This document shows, in pieces, positions 20,134 to 31,827 of a stretch of 64,000 bases of DNA (position 1 is its first letter; every line of letters begins with the position of its first letter). The notes under the pieces are model-generated. The model saw only the letters and a list, made by a program, of their open reading frames with translations. It was not told the DNA's origin and ran no database searches. This stretch comes from Alphaproteobacteria bacterium (GTDB lineage: Bacteria; Pseudomonadota; Alphaproteobacteria; GCA-2731375). The DNA is taken from assembly GCA_965225945.1 (NCBI GenBank), contig CBDDBZ010000024.1:64001-128000 (forward strand), written 5' to 3'. The position numbers and the translations under genes were made by a program.

Positions 20134-21348
20134 GTGCCGCGTCCCGCGCTCGAGGTCCAGGACATCTTCCGCGACCACGGGCCCGGCTTCCGTCGGGCCC
20201 GGGCCGGTCGTCTGAGCCTCGGCCAACTGAAGGTCATGTCGGCGATCGAGTGTTGCCGCACCGCCGCGCTCGGCGGTCATGTCGCGGCCTGCGAGGACTG
20301 CGGGCAGAACCACATCGCCTACAATTCCTGTCGCAACCGCCATTGTCCCAAATGCCAAGGCCAGGTCGCGCGCGAATGGCTGGCGGCGCGAGAGGCCGAA
20401 CTGCTCTCCGTCCCCTACTACCATCTCGTCTTCACCCTGCCAGCGGCGATCGCCGACATCGCCTATCAGAACAAGTCGGTGATCTACGATATCCTGTTCA
20501 AGGCGAGCGCCGAGACCATGCTCACCATCGCCGCCGATCCCAAGCATCTCGGCGCCAAGATCGGCATCACCGCCGTGCTCCACACCTGGGGCTCGGCCAT
20601 GACCCACCATCCCCACATCCACATGATCGTGCCGGGTGGCGGAATCTCACCTGACGGTAGCAGTTGGATCTCTTGCCGGCCCGGCTTCTTCCTGCCCGTC
20701 CGCGTGCTCTCGCGCCTCTTCCGCCGCCTCTTCATCGAGAAGCTCCTCGCCGCCCACGAGGCAGGGCGCCTGAAGTTCTTCACCGACCACACCAGCCTCG
20801 CCGAGCCGGCGGCCTTCCGTGTCTTCCTCGCACCGATGCGCAAACAAGAATGGGTCGTCTACGCCAAGCCGCCCTTCGGCGGACCAGAGGCCGTGCTCGC
20901 CTATCTCTCCCGCTACACCCACCGTGTCGCCATCTCGAACAGCCGCCTGGTCAGCTGCGACAGCCAAGGCGTCATCTTCAAGTACAAGGACTACCGGCGC
21001 AAAGGACGCGAGCGCTACAAGACCTTGCCCCTGGCCGTGCCCGAGTTCATCCGCCGCTTCCTCCTCCATGTCCTGCCCTCGGGCTTTCACCGCATCCGCC
21101 ATTACGGCCTCTTCGCCAACGGCGGTCGCACCCGCAACATCTCCCTTGCCCGCGAACTGCTTGCCATGCCGGCACCGGAGAGTGAGGCCGACGATGCCGC
21201 GAGTGACGATGATACCGAACCGCCGTCCCTCTCAGAGCCCTGCCCGCAGTGCGGCGGCCGTATGATCGTCATCGAGCGCTTCGAGGCCGGCGCCCAACCA
21301 CGCGCCCCGCCCCGTGCACGGCCCCTGGCCAGGGCCACGGCAGCATGA
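20134..21348 (+). CDS. IS91-family transposase
   Basis: SCRNRHCPKC Zn domain, HTWG...HPHIH HUH motif, YLSRY. Confidence 0.93.
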   Translation: MPRPALEVQDIFRDHGPGFRRARAGRLSLGQLKVMSAIECCRTAALGGHVAACEDCGQNHIAYNSCRNRHCPKCQGQVAREWLAAREAELLSVPYYHLVFTLPAAIADIAYQNKSVIYDILFKASAETMLTIAADPKHLGAKIGITAVLHTWGSAMTHHPHIHMIVPGGGISPDGSSWISCRPGFFLPVRVLSRLFRRLFIEKLLAAHEAGRLKFFTDHTSLAEPAAFRVFLAPMRKQEWVVYAKPPFGGPEAVLAYLSRYTHRVAISNSRLVSCDSQGVIFKYKDYRRKGRERYKTLPLAVPEFIRRFLLHVLPSGFHRIRHYGLFANGGRTRNISLARELLAMPAPESEADDAASDDDTEPPSLSEPCPQCGGRMIVIERFEAGAQPRAPPRARPLARATAA

Positions 21349-22303
21349 CCGACACCGCTTCGAATAACGCTATTGCCGCCGCTCACCCGCGGCCACGATC
21401 CCGCTCGCCGCAACACCATCGAGCGCGCAGGGAACCACCTGCGAGACCCGCCGGCATCGACCCGAAGTCGCCATCAAACCACCCTGCCGGTGTCGTCGCC
21501 AATCAGATCCGAGCCATCCAGCAGCGCCGGCCACCCGAGAAAGCTGGCCCGCCGCTCGCAAATCCCCATAGACCGAGCGTGCCGCACCGCCGAGCCTAGT
21601 CCTGCCCGCGGTTTCCTCCCTTAAGCGTTGTCCGACACCTGCCGATCCAGTCCGCCGGATGCAACCCCTGCGCCTCGGCAGGTGTCCGACAACGCTTAAC
21701 AGAACCGGGCGACCTGATAGCGGAAGGCATTCAGGGCCGGAGCGTTGGTCGGCACGGCGAAGTACGCGAAGTAGCCTCGCACCACCGATGCCAGCCAGCG
21801 GCCCTGCTCGGCGATTGGCTGATGCCGTCGCCGGAGGAGTTCGCGCTTGATCTCCCCGAGCTTCGCCCCCATGCGCTTACGCCGCGTCTTGCGTCGCAGT
21901 TGGAACCGTCCCTTCCGGTCCTTCGCGCAGATGTGCGTGAAGCCCAGGAAGTCGAACGTCTCCGGCTTGCCGTCGCCTCGGCCCTTCCGACTTTTCGCGG
22001 CGTGCCGCCCAAACTCGATGAGCCGGGTTTTCTCCGCGAACAGCGCGAGGCCGAAAGCCCGCAAGCGTTCCTCCAATGCCGCCCGGAAGGCAAGCGCGTC
22101 TTCCCGGTACTCGAAGCCCACGACGAAGTCGTCCGCGTAGCGGACGATGACCATGTCGCAGTGGGTATGGCGCCGACGCCATTGGTGCGCCCACAAGTCC
22201 AGGACATAGTGCAGGTAGACGTTGGAGAGCAGCGGTGAGAGCACCGCGCCCTGTGGCGTCCCCTGCTCCGGGACCGTGAGTTTGCCATCTTGCATAATGC
22301 CGG

Positions 22304-23762
22304 CTTCTCTATCGCGTCCTCGGTCAAGCCCTTTCTGGTTACGTCATGCCATATTCCTTCTTCACGTCGTTCCGCACTGGCGGATGTTGCCGCACGGGGC
22401 TCTTGCTTCTCTTCGAGGTTGGCGCGTGGCCACCTCATGATGGGATCAGAGGATGAGGCGGTTCAATCTTTCGCGCGTCCTTGCCGCCGGTCAGCGGCAG
22501 GGTCTACCGACATTACGAACTCACCCCACCCGTCGTCCCCGTGAGGACATCTCTCTGCCTAAGCAGAACTCGTTGATCTCCTTGTCAGTACAGTCGAAGG
22601 TTCAATCCGCCTTGACGGCGTCAGCAGGGCCGTTGCTCCAGCGGAACTCGGTGCCGTCGACCCACATGCGGTGCAGAACTACGGCCAGGCGCCTCGCGAC
22701 GGCGACGATGGCACGGCGCATGCCACGTCGCTGGGCCACTCGCATGCCCCACGCCTTCAGCCAGGACCATTTCCGGCCGTGGGTGAGGAGGGACTGCGCG
22801 GCCTCGTACAGCATCGTGCGGAGCATGCTGTCGCCGCACTTGGACACGCAACCATCATAGTCGATCTCGCCGGACTGGAAGCGCTTCGGCGTCAGGCCGA
22901 CATGCGCGCCGACCGCCCTGGAGTGAACGAAGCGCTGCGGCTGATCGATGGTAGCCCGGTAGGTCAGCGCGACGACCACGCCGACGCCGGGTGCCGTCAT
23001 GAGCCGTCGGCAGACCGGGTCATGGCGGACCGTGTCGAGCACCATTTTGTGGAGGACCGCGAATTGCTGGCGCATCACTCGCCGGACGGTGAGCAGCGGT
23101 TCCACAATAGCGGCCAGCTTCGGAAAGTCTTCGACCAGCTCGCGGATCCGCGCCTCGTACCCGCGGGTGCTGACCGTGCCCACCTTGAGACCGAAGTTGC
23201 GCAGCGTCCCGCGTAGATCGTTCTCGACGTCGAGCAGTTTTCTCTGGAGCAGCTTGCGGCTGGTCAGCAGCATCCGCTGCTCCTGGGCAACCAGGGTCTT
23301 CACATGCACCGGCTTGAACAGCCCGACCCGCATCATCTGGGCGATGCCGCGCGCATCGTTGCGGTCGCTCTTGTTGATCTGCTGCCCCTTGAGCAGTGCT
23401 TTCATGTGCCGAGTCTCGACGCAGACAACCGGCAGCCCGGCGGCGGCAAGACCGTTGACCAGCCATTGCGAGAGCGGACCGGCTTCGATCCCGATCCGGC
23501 CATAGGCCACGCCGATCGAGGTCAGCAGCGTGACGATGTAGTCCGGCTCGGTCGGCACTTTCCGCTCCAACACCACCTCGCCAACCTCGTCGACGACGCA
23601 TACCGCCGTCTCCTTCACCGAAACATCCAGACCTACGAAATGTGCCATCGTCATCGCTCCTTCCTCGATGTTCGAGGTCAGGGCGACCCCGATTTATCGA
23701 TCATGCGTGAAGGGGCTGCCATCATCCTGATATCATCAGCCACAGCCGCCGCGATATACCAT
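22304..23762 (-). mobile_element. IS110-family (IS1111-type) element, copy 1
   Basis: 1459 bp, AAG core at both junctions, subterminal CGCGATA/TATCGCG inverted repeat. Confidence 0.9.
22602..23654 (-). CDS. IS110 DEDD recombinase
   Basis: VGLDVS, GIEAG, KSDRNDA, QSGE. Confidence 0.95.
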   Translation of the reverse strand: MTMAHFVGLDVSVKETAVCVVDEVGEVVLERKVPTEPDYIVTLLTSIGVAYGRIGIEAGPLSQWLVNGLAAAGLPVVCVETRHMKALLKGQQINKSDRNDARGIAQMMRVGLFKPVHVKTLVAQEQRMLLTSRKLLQRKLLDVENDLRGTLRNFGLKVGTVSTRGYEARIRELVEDFPKLAAIVEPLLTVRRVMRQQFAVLHKMVLDTVRHDPVCRRLMTAPGVGVVVALTYRATIDQPQRFVHSRAVGAHVGLTPKRFQSGEIDYDGCVSKCGDSMLRTMLYEAAQSLLTHGRKWSWLKAWGMRVAQRRGMRRAIVAVARRLAVVLHRMWVDGTEFRWSNGPADAVKAD

Positions 23763-24572
23763 CTTTCAGCCACTTGGCCGTAAGGCGGAGGAGACGCCGA
23801 TCTCCGATCCGGTGCTCTAGGAACCCTCTCAGCCAGTTTTGGTCGGATGAGTCGAAGAAGCCGGATATATCGGCGTCCAGGATCCAGTTCACCTCGCGCT
23901 CGGTGATCGCCACCGCGAGCGCGTCCAGCGCGTCGTGCTGGTTGCGCCCCGGACGGAAGCCGTAGCTGAACCCGAGGAAATCTTCCTCGTAAATCTGGTT
24001 CAGCACCGTGCTCACGGCCATATGGGCGATCTTGTCCTCCAGGGCCGCGATCCCCAATGCCCGCGCCGAGCCGTCCGACTTCGCGATGAATTGTCGCCGG
24101 CTCGGCAGAGCCCGGTAGCCGCCCCGATGGAGCCGCCCATGCAGGTTCGGGAGACGCTGCTCCAGATCCTGGCCGTACTCTTGCCACGTCATGTCGTCCA
24201 CTCCGGGCGCCGCGTCGCGCTTCAGCGCCAGGTAGGAGGCCCGAAGGAGTTCGACATCGACATGGTGCAGCAGCGCGGTGAACTTTAGTTTCCCATCTCG
24301 TCTCGCCGCTTCTCGTACGCGCTCCAGCCCCTGTGACAGGCTTTCCCGACTCCGCGTCCGGCGCCTGCGTGTCAATCGGCGTTGAACATTGACCCCCTAT
24401 CGGCGTGCAATGTTGACCCCTTTGGGGATGCACGGCGGAGGTCGTACAGGTAGTCCATAGGAGGGGCCCGCGCGCGGGCCGACGCGCCCACCACGCGGCT
24501 GGCGGCGGACCGCGCGTGGGAGGTTCCTGTGGGCCCACCTGGGCGACCGGGCGGCAGGTGGATCGGTTGCCT

Positions 24573-25301
24573 TTAGGACCGATTCTTGAAGCGCCAGGAG
24601 TCGTTTCCGGTCTCGATGATCTCGCAGTGGTGCGTCAGACGATCGAGGAGCGCGGTGGTCATCTTGGCGTCGCCGAAGACGGACGGCCATTCGCCGAAGG
24701 TCAGGTTGGTGGTGACGATGATCGAGGTGCGCTCGTAGAGCCGGCTGACGAGGTGGAACAGCAGCTGGCCTCCGGTTTGGGCGAAGGGCAGGTAGCCGAG
24801 CTCGTCGAGGATGACGAGGTCGCGCCGGGCCAGCTGATCGGCGAGCCGGCCCTGGCGGCCGGCGCGGGCTTCGGCCTCGAGCCGGTTGACCAGGTCGACG
24901 ACGTTGAAGAAGCGGCCCCGGGCGCCATCGCGGATGCAGGCCCGCGCGATGGCGACGGCGAGATGGCTCTTGCCGGTGCCGGTGCCGCCGATCAGCACGG
25001 CGTTGCGCTGGTTGGCCAGGAAGCCGCCGACCGCCAACTCGCGGACCAGCGGCTCGTTGACCGGGGTGTCGGTGAAGTCGAAGTCGGCCAGCTCCTTGGC
25101 CAGCGGCAGCTTGGCGCCACTCATCTGGTACTTGATGGATCGCGCCTGCTTGTCGGCGATCTCGGCCTTCAACAGCTCGCCGATGATTCGCTGCATCGGA
25201 TGCTGGCGCTTGAGGCCGTCGGCGAGCACCTCGTCGAACGCGTCGCGCATGCCGGCGAGCTTGAGTGCGGCCATCATCTCCAGGACCTCATGGCGCTCCA
25301 T
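24573..25301 (-). CDS. istB: IS21 helper ATPase
   Basis: [22 protein letters not shown]. Confidence 0.95.
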   Translation of the reverse strand: MERHEVLEMMAALKLAGMRDAFDEVLADGLKRQHPMQRIIGELLKAEIADKQARSIKYQMSGAKLPLAKELADFDFTDTPVNEPLVRELAVGGFLANQRNAVLIGGTGTGKSHLAVAIARACIRDGARGRFFNVVDLVNRLEAEARAGRQGRLADQLARRDLVILDELGYLPFAQTGGQLLFHLVSRLYERTSIIVTTNLTFGEWPSVFGDAKMTTALLDRLTHHCEIIETGNDSWRFKNRS

Positions 25302-26799
25302 GGCCGACCCCCCTCAAGCGGTCGTAGCGGGTGCAATCGGCCACCGGCTCAAAGCGAAGACGCAGGTTCGCGGGCGTCGGGATCGGCGCCGTCTCGGACG
25401 GCTGGCGCCGACGATTGAGGATGTTGAGCACGACGTCGGCGCTGCACACGCCGCCAGCGAGCGCCTCGGCACAGGCGGCCTCCACCGCCGCCAGCCCATC
25501 CGCCAGCACGGCGGTGAGGATCTCGACCATCTGCCTGTCGCCGTCGTCGTGGCCGGCGAGCCGGACGCGCACGCGACCCAGGGCGCCGGGCAGCGCCCAG
25601 TCCTTGAACGGCGCGCCGTTACGAAGCGCACCGGGCTTCCTCGCCAGCACGGGCACGTAGTGCCACGGGTCATAGACGGTCTGGTCGCGGCCGAAGCGCC
25701 GGGCATGCTCGGCGACGATCTCGCCGTCCTGGCGGATGACGATGCGATCGGCGTAGGCATGGACCTCGACCGGACGGCCGACGGCGCGCGCCGCCACGCT
25801 GTACTTGTTGCTGTCGAAGCGCACCAGGCAGGTCTTCGACACCGACGCCGGGACCGCGTGGAAGCCGTCGAACGGCCCGCGATAGCCGACCAGGGACGGA
25901 CGCTCGTCCTCGAACACCTGCCAGACAGTCCTGTCCTTGAACACCGGGTGGGGATGACGCCGGGCGTAGGCGACGCACTGGTCCAAGAGCCAGGCGTTGA
26001 GTTCGTCGTAGGTCTTGAAGCGCAGCCGCGGGGTGAAGAACCGACCGCGGATGATCCCGACCTGGTTCTCGACCTGCCCCTTCTCCCATCCCGCTCCCGG
26101 CGTGCATGCTGTCGGTTCGACCAGGTAGTGGCCACACATCTGCACGAAGCGCCGGTTGAACGCGCGCTCCTTGCCGATGAGGACGGTCTGCACCGCCGTC
26201 TTCATGTTGTCGTAGATGCCTCGCCGGCAGGCACCCTGGAACAGCCGGAATGCCCGGTCGTGGGCGTCGAACACCATCTCCTGGCTCTCGCGCGGATAAG
26301 CGCGGACGAAGAACATTCGGCTGTGGCACAGCCGGACGTGCGCGACCTTGACCTTGGTCGTCACCCCCGCCAGCACCACGTACTCGTGGCTCCAGTCGAA
26401 CTGATAGGCCTCGCCCGGCGAGAACACCAACGGCACATAGGTCTGCGCCGTCGATGCCGAACGGCGCCACCGCCACGCCTTGGCGTAGCGCCGCACCGCG
26501 TCGTAGCCGCCGCCATAGCCCAGACCCTCGAGGGCTTCGGAGATCCGTAGCAGCGTCAGCCGCTCCCGCTTCGACTTGGTCTCGTTGGCCTCCAGCATCC
26601 GCTCCAGCTCGGCCGTCCACGGCCCCAGCTTCGGCATCGGCTGGACCCGCCGGTCGTAGGTGAACGCCGTCGCCTGCGAACGGATCACCTTGCGCACCGT
26701 GTTGCCCGAGACCTTCACGTCCCGCACGATCTCCTTGATCGGCTTCCCCTTGACGAAATACTCCCGCCGGATCCGCGCTATCGTCTCCACGACCAACAT
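25288..26799 (-). CDS. istA: IS21 transposase
   Basis: [21 protein letters not shown]. Confidence 0.95.
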   Translation of the reverse strand: MLVVETIARIRREYFVKGKPIKEIVRDVKVSGNTVRKVIRSQATAFTYDRRVQPMPKLGPWTAELERMLEANETKSKRERLTLLRISEALEGLGYGGGYDAVRRYAKAWRWRRSASTAQTYVPLVFSPGEAYQFDWSHEYVVLAGVTTKVKVAHVRLCHSRMFFVRAYPRESQEMVFDAHDRAFRLFQGACRRGIYDNMKTAVQTVLIGKERAFNRRFVQMCGHYLVEPTACTPGAGWEKGQVENQVGIIRGRFFTPRLRFKTYDELNAWLLDQCVAYARRHPHPVFKDRTVWQVFEDERPSLVGYRGPFDGFHAVPASVSKTCLVRFDSNKYSVAARAVGRPVEVHAYADRIVIRQDGEIVAEHARRFGRDQTVYDPWHYVPVLARKPGALRNGAPFKDWALPGALGRVRVRLAGHDDGDRQMVEILTAVLADGLAAVEAACAEALAGGVCSADVVLNILNRRRQPSETAPIPTPANLRLRFEPVADCTRYDRLRGVGHGAP

Positions 26800-27420
26800 C
26801 CCCCACCACCTCGTCCGCCCAAAAACGAGGTGACTTGGACTAGCCAGGCTCAGGGGGTCAAATTTGGACGCCGATCACCCCTCAACAGGGGTCAACTTTG
26901 CACGCCGTTCCACACCTGCGTTGCTGACCCACGTTCCCCTTGGCTCCGCCCCTTCCCTCCACCGGCTCCGCCGCCTCGCACAAGGCTTTGTTCGTCGGCT
27001 TCCCAGGTACTATGGGCGAATCTGACTTCTCTCGAGCGTGCGTCATCGGCTACGGCCCTTCGGGCCTTCCCGATGCGGACCGCGCAAACGCAAGGACGGC
27101 CACTCGAGAGATCTCCCGGTTTCCGCTCAGGCGATTTCCATGCGTGCGTGGGCTCTACGACCGCGCAAGGCCCTCCGAGCGCTCGCCAATGCGCGCTCGT
27201 CGGTGTGGCCTTCCCCATAGACCCACAGGGTCGGCGCCTCGAATGCGCATTTTTTGCGGCTCAATACCCAGCCCACATGTACCCCTGTCAACGCTTCGCC
27301 TCGCCCTCGCGGACCGCAGGCGCATGACTCGGGGCCGGTGTGGATGGCTAACCCTTCACCGTACGGCTCTCTCATCCGCTACTCCTCGCCGGCGATACCG
27401 GCGCACGGGTCATTCTACTT

Positions 27421-28450
27421 CCTGATTACGCACTTCACTCAGCCGGGTTGATGTGGTACAAATCATGAACAAATGGCGGTTTTTCTGGAGGTTCACAATG
27501 CCACGCAACAACGTTCAGTTCCAGAAGGGGCTCAGCGAAGCGCGTTTTCGTGAGTTGTACGGTAGCGAGGAGCAGTGTCGCGAGGCCCTGTTCCGCTGGC
27601 GCTGGCCGGAGGGCTTCTCCTGCCCCCGATGCGGCGCCACGCGCCATTGCGAGATCGCCGGCCGCAAGCTCTACCAATGCGCCGCCTGCCGTCATCAAGT
27701 CTCGCTGACCGCCGGCACGCTCTTCCACGCGACCAAGCTGGCGCTGACCCTGTGGTTTTCGGCGATCTATCACATGACCCAATCGAAGAAGGGGATCTCC
27801 TCCATCGAACTCGGCCGCCGGCTCGGCGTCACCCAGACCACGGCCTGGAAGATCAAGCAGAAACTGATGCAGTCCATGCTCGAGCGCGATGCCAAATTGC
27901 CGCTCACCGGGCGGGTGGAGATGGACGATGCCTACCTCGGCGGCCGGCGTTCCGGGGCCAAGCGCGGCCGAGGCGCGCCGGGCAAGACGCCGTTCGTCGC
28001 CGCCGTCCAGACCACGGCGGAGGGCCAGCCCGTGCGCATCAAGCTCCGCCGCGTCAAGGGCTTCCGCAAGAGCGAGATCGCCAAGATGGCCAAGCGCGAC
28101 CTGAGCCCGCTGGCGACGGTTGTCAGCGATGGGCTCGGCTGCTTCACCGCGGTCACCGCGCAAGGCTGTGCGCACCATCCGATACCCACTGGCTCCGGAC
28201 CCGGGGCCGTCGCCGTGCCCGCCTTCAAATGGGTCAACACCACCCTCGGCAACCTCAAAAACACCCTGCGCGGTACCTACCATGCGATCCGACCCAAGCA
28301 TGTGCCGCGCTAACTGGCGGCGTTCCAGTACCGATACAACCGCCGCTACCGGCTCGCCGACATGATCGAAGCCCTCGGCCGCGATGCCCTGCGCACGCCG
28401 CCCATGCCATATCGGCTCCTGAAATTGGCTGAGGTTAGTGCGTAATCAGG
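27421..28450 (+). mobile_element. IS1595-family element
   Basis: TIR CCTGATTACGCACT...; 8-bp TSD TTCTACTT. Confidence 0.93.
27498..28445 (+). pseudogene. IS1595 transposase with premature stop at 28311-28313
   Basis: VEMDDAY, VSDG; homologous frame continues (LAAFQYRYNRR) after TAA. Confidence 0.85.
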
Positions 28451-28664
28451 TTCTACTTTATCGACCGCTGCGGCGGGCCTCTTCGTGGCTGGTGTCGCCA
28501 GTGCCAGCGGAGGCGGAAAAGTACAATGACCCCTTTTTCTGACGTGTTCGCGCCGCCCGCCCTCATCCACATGGGTGGCACACGGCAGTTGGTGCTTTGC
28601 CGCGCCGATCCCGACGGCTTCGCCGTCGAATTCACGGCGTCTTCGCAGCGCGTAGGACGGCGCC

Positions 28665-29528
28665 TCAAAACGGCCGGTCGCCGTCGAGGCAGACGCGGCG
28701 GAGGACGCGGCGCTCGCTCGCGCTGTCGAACGGCGTCGACTTGTGCAGGACGCAGCGGTTGTCCCACATCACCAGCTCGCACGGCCGCCAGTGGTGGCGG
28801 TAGACGAACTCGGGCCGGGTGGCGAGTGCGTTGATCTCGTTGCGCAAGCGGTGACCTTCCTCGAACGGCAGACCCGAAACTTGCGATGTATGCTCGCCCA
28901 AATAGATGCCCTTGCGACCTGTCTCGGGATGTGTCCGCACCACCGGGTGGTCCGGCGGATTGGAGACATTTCGGATCTGTTCCTCGCTCATGTGCCATTT
29001 GTGCCTTGCGAAGGCCCAGTCCTGCGCCGCCGTCAGTCCGCGGAGACGGGCTTTCATATCGTCGTCCAGCGCCTCGTAGGCGGCGTGCATGTCGGCGAAC
29101 AGCGTGTCGCCGCCTTCGCTGGGCAGCTCGAGCGCATAGAGGAACGTCGCCATCGCCGGCGCCTCCTTCCAGGCGGCATCCGTGTGCCAGACCAGCGAGC
29201 TCTCGTCGGTATGGCGCCCGGTCGTGCCGCCGGCCTCCTCGACGTTCGTCAGCAGGTAGATTTCGGGGTGTTCGTCGGCGTGCAGATGGTCCATCACCTG
29301 GTACTGGACCGGGCCGAAGCGACGGCAAAAGGCGACCTGCTGGGCTTCCGTCATGTCCTGGTCGGGGAAGACGAGGACGAGATGCTCGAGAAACACGGCC
29401 CAGATCGCCGCGACGTCACCCTCGTCGAGCGGTTGCGAGAGGTCTAGCCCCGTGACCTCGGCCCCCAAGGCGGTGGAGAAGGGCCGTATCTCGAGCGCGC
29501 TCGCCGTATGGGTCGACCGGGTCCGCAT
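28665..29528 (-). CDS. TauD/TfdA 2-oxoglutarate dioxygenase
   Basis: WHTD, HPVVRTHPETG, WDNRCVLH. Confidence 0.92.
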   Translation of the reverse strand: MRTRSTHTASALEIRPFSTALGAEVTGLDLSQPLDEGDVAAIWAVFLEHLVLVFPDQDMTEAQQVAFCRRFGPVQYQVMDHLHADEHPEIYLLTNVEEAGGTTGRHTDESSLVWHTDAAWKEAPAMATFLYALELPSEGGDTLFADMHAAYEALDDDMKARLRGLTAAQDWAFARHKWHMSEEQIRNVSNPPDHPVVRTHPETGRKGIYLGEHTSQVSGLPFEEGHRLRNEINALATRPEFVYRHHWRPCELVMWDNRCVLHKSTPFDSASERRVLRRVCLDGDRPF

Positions 29529-29634
29529 GATTTCGCTCCCTCGCTCGCGTGCTGGCAACACCGCTAGACGCCGCCGCCCGGCCGCTGACGTCGGAGGCCG
29601 ACATGGTTGATCGGCTGGGCGTTACAACTATGAG

Positions 29635-29850
29635 CCGACATCCCCCAGACGACTGTCGGTTCCGACCATCAGAGTAGCCATTCGGGCTCTCGACGGCAAT
29701 TCCGAGGCCGATCGGCGTGAGCAGAGCACTCCGCCTGCCTCCGGGTCCGGCCCCGACGGCGGCGGCACGCAGCCGGGCGATCCGCGCCAGGATCCGCGCG
29801 AACACATCCGTCCCGATACAGCGACCCCGGCCATCTGGCATGTCGCCCTT
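29635..29850 (-). mobile_element. IS1380-like remnant (transposase C-terminus plus right end)
   Basis: ATCQMAGVAV / FARILARIARLR resembles the IS1380 transposase tail; end ...CTGGGGGATGTCGG. Confidence 0.6.
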
Positions 29851-29953
29851 GGCTCACATGACTCGCCTGTTAACGCCCGCAAATGTTACGGAGAGACTTG
29901 GCGATGAACGATCCATCGACTTGACCACACGCCGATCCGGAGGAAGACAGCCG

Positions 29954-30793
29954 ATGACTAAAGAAGATGTCTATGAGGTCTACGCGATCCAATACGCTTA
30001 CCGGGCGGATCGCAAACGCCACGAGACTTTCATCACCAATGCCTGGACCGATCCGCTGCACGATACGGACCAGCCGATCTCCTATTACGTGTGGGCGATC
30101 GTCAATGCCGAGCGCACCATCGTTGTCGACACCGGCTTCGATGCCGACGAAGCGGCACGTCGGCGCCAGGAATCGGGAGAGCTGTGGCGACCGGAACTAA
30201 AATTTACGCCCGCCGAGGGTCTGCGCATGATCGGGGTCGACGCCGCGCGAGTGGCCGATGTGATCATCACCCATCTGCACTTCGACCACGCCGGCACGCT
30301 CGATCACTTCCCGGAAGCGCGCTTCCACTTGCAAGAGCAAGAGATGCAGTTCGCGACGGGGCCTTGCATGGCGCACGACTACTTCAAGGGCGCCTACACG
30401 GTGGACCAGGTCGTCGCGATGGTACGCAACGTCTACCGGGGGCGAGTCGCGTTTCAGGCGGGCGACGCGGAAATCGCTCCCGGCGTGAGCGTTCATCACA
30501 TCGGCGGGCACACGATGGGGATCCAATCCGTGCGGGTGCGCACGCGTCGCGGTTGGGTGGTGCTCGCGAGCGATGCGAGTCACATGTACGACAATTTCGA
30601 AAGCATGGCGCCAAATCCCATCGTCTTCAATGTGGGGACGATGCTCAGCGGTTTCGAGCGACTGAAGACTTTGGCGGACGGTCCGGGGCACGTCATTCCG
30701 GGTCATGATCCCCTCGTCATGGCCAGATATCCCGCCGCGACGCCTGCAACCGAAGGTATCGTGGCACGCCTCGACGCGGACCCACGGAGCTGA
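29954..30793 (+). CDS. N-acyl homoserine lactonase-family metallo-beta-lactamase fold hydrolase
   Basis: HLHFDHAG, GGHTMG, ASDASH, PGHD. Confidence 0.88.
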   Translation: MTKEDVYEVYAIQYAYRADRKRHETFITNAWTDPLHDTDQPISYYVWAIVNAERTIVVDTGFDADEAARRRQESGELWRPELKFTPAEGLRMIGVDAARVADVIITHLHFDHAGTLDHFPEARFHLQEQEMQFATGPCMAHDYFKGAYTVDQVVAMVRNVYRGRVAFQAGDAEIAPGVSVHHIGGHTMGIQSVRVRTRRGWVVLASDASHMYDNFESMAPNPIVFNVGTMLSGFERLKTLADGPGHVIPGHDPLVMARYPAATPATEGIVARLDADPRS

Positions 30794-30952
30794 GGAGCAA
30801 TCGAGGATCGACCGTCCTCCCAGCAACCCCGTAAACCAGCCGTAGACGGGGACGAGGGACCTCGAGGAGGCGCCGAGGGCCGAACGGGCTGGCCCGGTGC
30901 TCCGTCCTCGACTAGGCTAGCTCCGATGTGCTTTCGGGCTGATCGCTTGGCA

Positions 30953-31189
30953 ATGAGGCTTTCCGGCACGCTGGTCGGGGTCGGATTTCTGCTATTCGGC
31001 AGCTTGGCGATCATCGGACCGGTCGTCCCCACGATCGAGGAGAGTCAGGACAAAGCGTTCTGGTTTGGAATGCTTCTGATCGTTGCGGGCACCGTGGCTG
31101 TTTTCGCCTCCTGGACCGCGCGAGACCTGGATGGCATCTGGTGTCGCTATCCGCGCCGCTGGGGATCGAGCGGGGGCGAAGATCGCTAA
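30953..31189 (+). CDS. Small two-TM hypothetical membrane protein
   Basis: Two hydrophobic segments; start uncertain. Confidence 0.4.
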   Translation: MRLSGTLVGVGFLLFGSLAIIGPVVPTIEESQDKAFWFGMLLIVAGTVAVFASWTARDLDGIWCRYPRRWGSSGGEDR

Positions 31190-31827
31190 ACGACCTCTTG
31201 CACTGCTGCGGTGCGGCTCGGGACACCACGCGCCGCGCGGCAAGGTCGGGAGCAATTTTTGATGCGGGATCGCAGCGCCGGACCCGGGAAGGTGGATGAT
31301 GGAGGGGCGGGCGATCTGGCTAGGGATCATCACCGTCATCGAGCTAGGGGAGGCGCAAAAGCCCGAGGGCATGGTCCACTAATGGCAAGCGGCGCCGTCA
31401 CACTGCAACAGGTGCGGCCGGTCGCGGCGGTATCGGGTGGCGAGGCTGGTTGAGACCTACGGCCAGGACGCTGGGCTACCGGCGATCACGTCGGCGCTGG
31501 AAGAGGGGTGCCCGAGGAAGGGCAAGTACGGCGGGTGTTTCGTGATCTTCCCTGGGCGGGCGATGGGATGATGCGCACGATCAGGTCATATGTCGGAAAT
31601 CAGGGGTGGAGTCCCCGTCGAGCCTGGGCGGCCGTCTACGGCATTGATAGCCATTTTCGGAATTGGCGCGTTTCTGGCGACTCTACCTATCTCAAGCTCG
31701 GTGATTAGTCGAGTAGTCACAGCAAGCGGCCAAAAAATCGTTGGTTTTCGGCCCGGGCCAAAGCCCATTTGTGACCGCCTTGGCATGGCCACTATAGTCT
31801 CATTAGAAAACCGAATGGACGGAAGCA

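Larger units (their letters stand above)
19093..21703 (+). mobile_element. IS91-family (HUH Y2) element with tyrosine recombinase
   Basis: Interrupts the RT frame; 25-bp inverted repeat 21621-21645 / 21675-21699 at the right end; ends approximate to a few bp. Confidence 0.85.
24370..26914 (-). mobile_element. IS21-family element (2545 bp), copy 1
   Basis: TG...CA ends with repeated TTGACCCC boxes; TSD CCTGCG. Confidence 0.95.
18912..27046 (-). pseudogene. ltrA: RT/maturase of the host intron in four pieces (26915-27046, 23763-24363, ~21704-22303, 18912-~19092)
   Basis: MTHAREKSD start, GTPQGAVLSPLL, RYADD, LRRRSQ; frame continuous across the IS21 and IS110 junctions. Confidence 0.9.
16301..27406 (-). 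mobile_element. Host group II intron (IIB, class E-like) with five nested elements
   Basis: GTGCG 5' end at 27406; 3' end ...CCCTACCGCGAT at 16301; DV-DVI rebuilt from 18912-18946, 16987-16992 and 16301-16332. Confidence 0.88.

Noticed and set aside
6463-27046. RTs as retron, DGR or defence RTs
   Set aside because: All lie within GUGYG…DV/DVI intron boundaries and have maturase domains.
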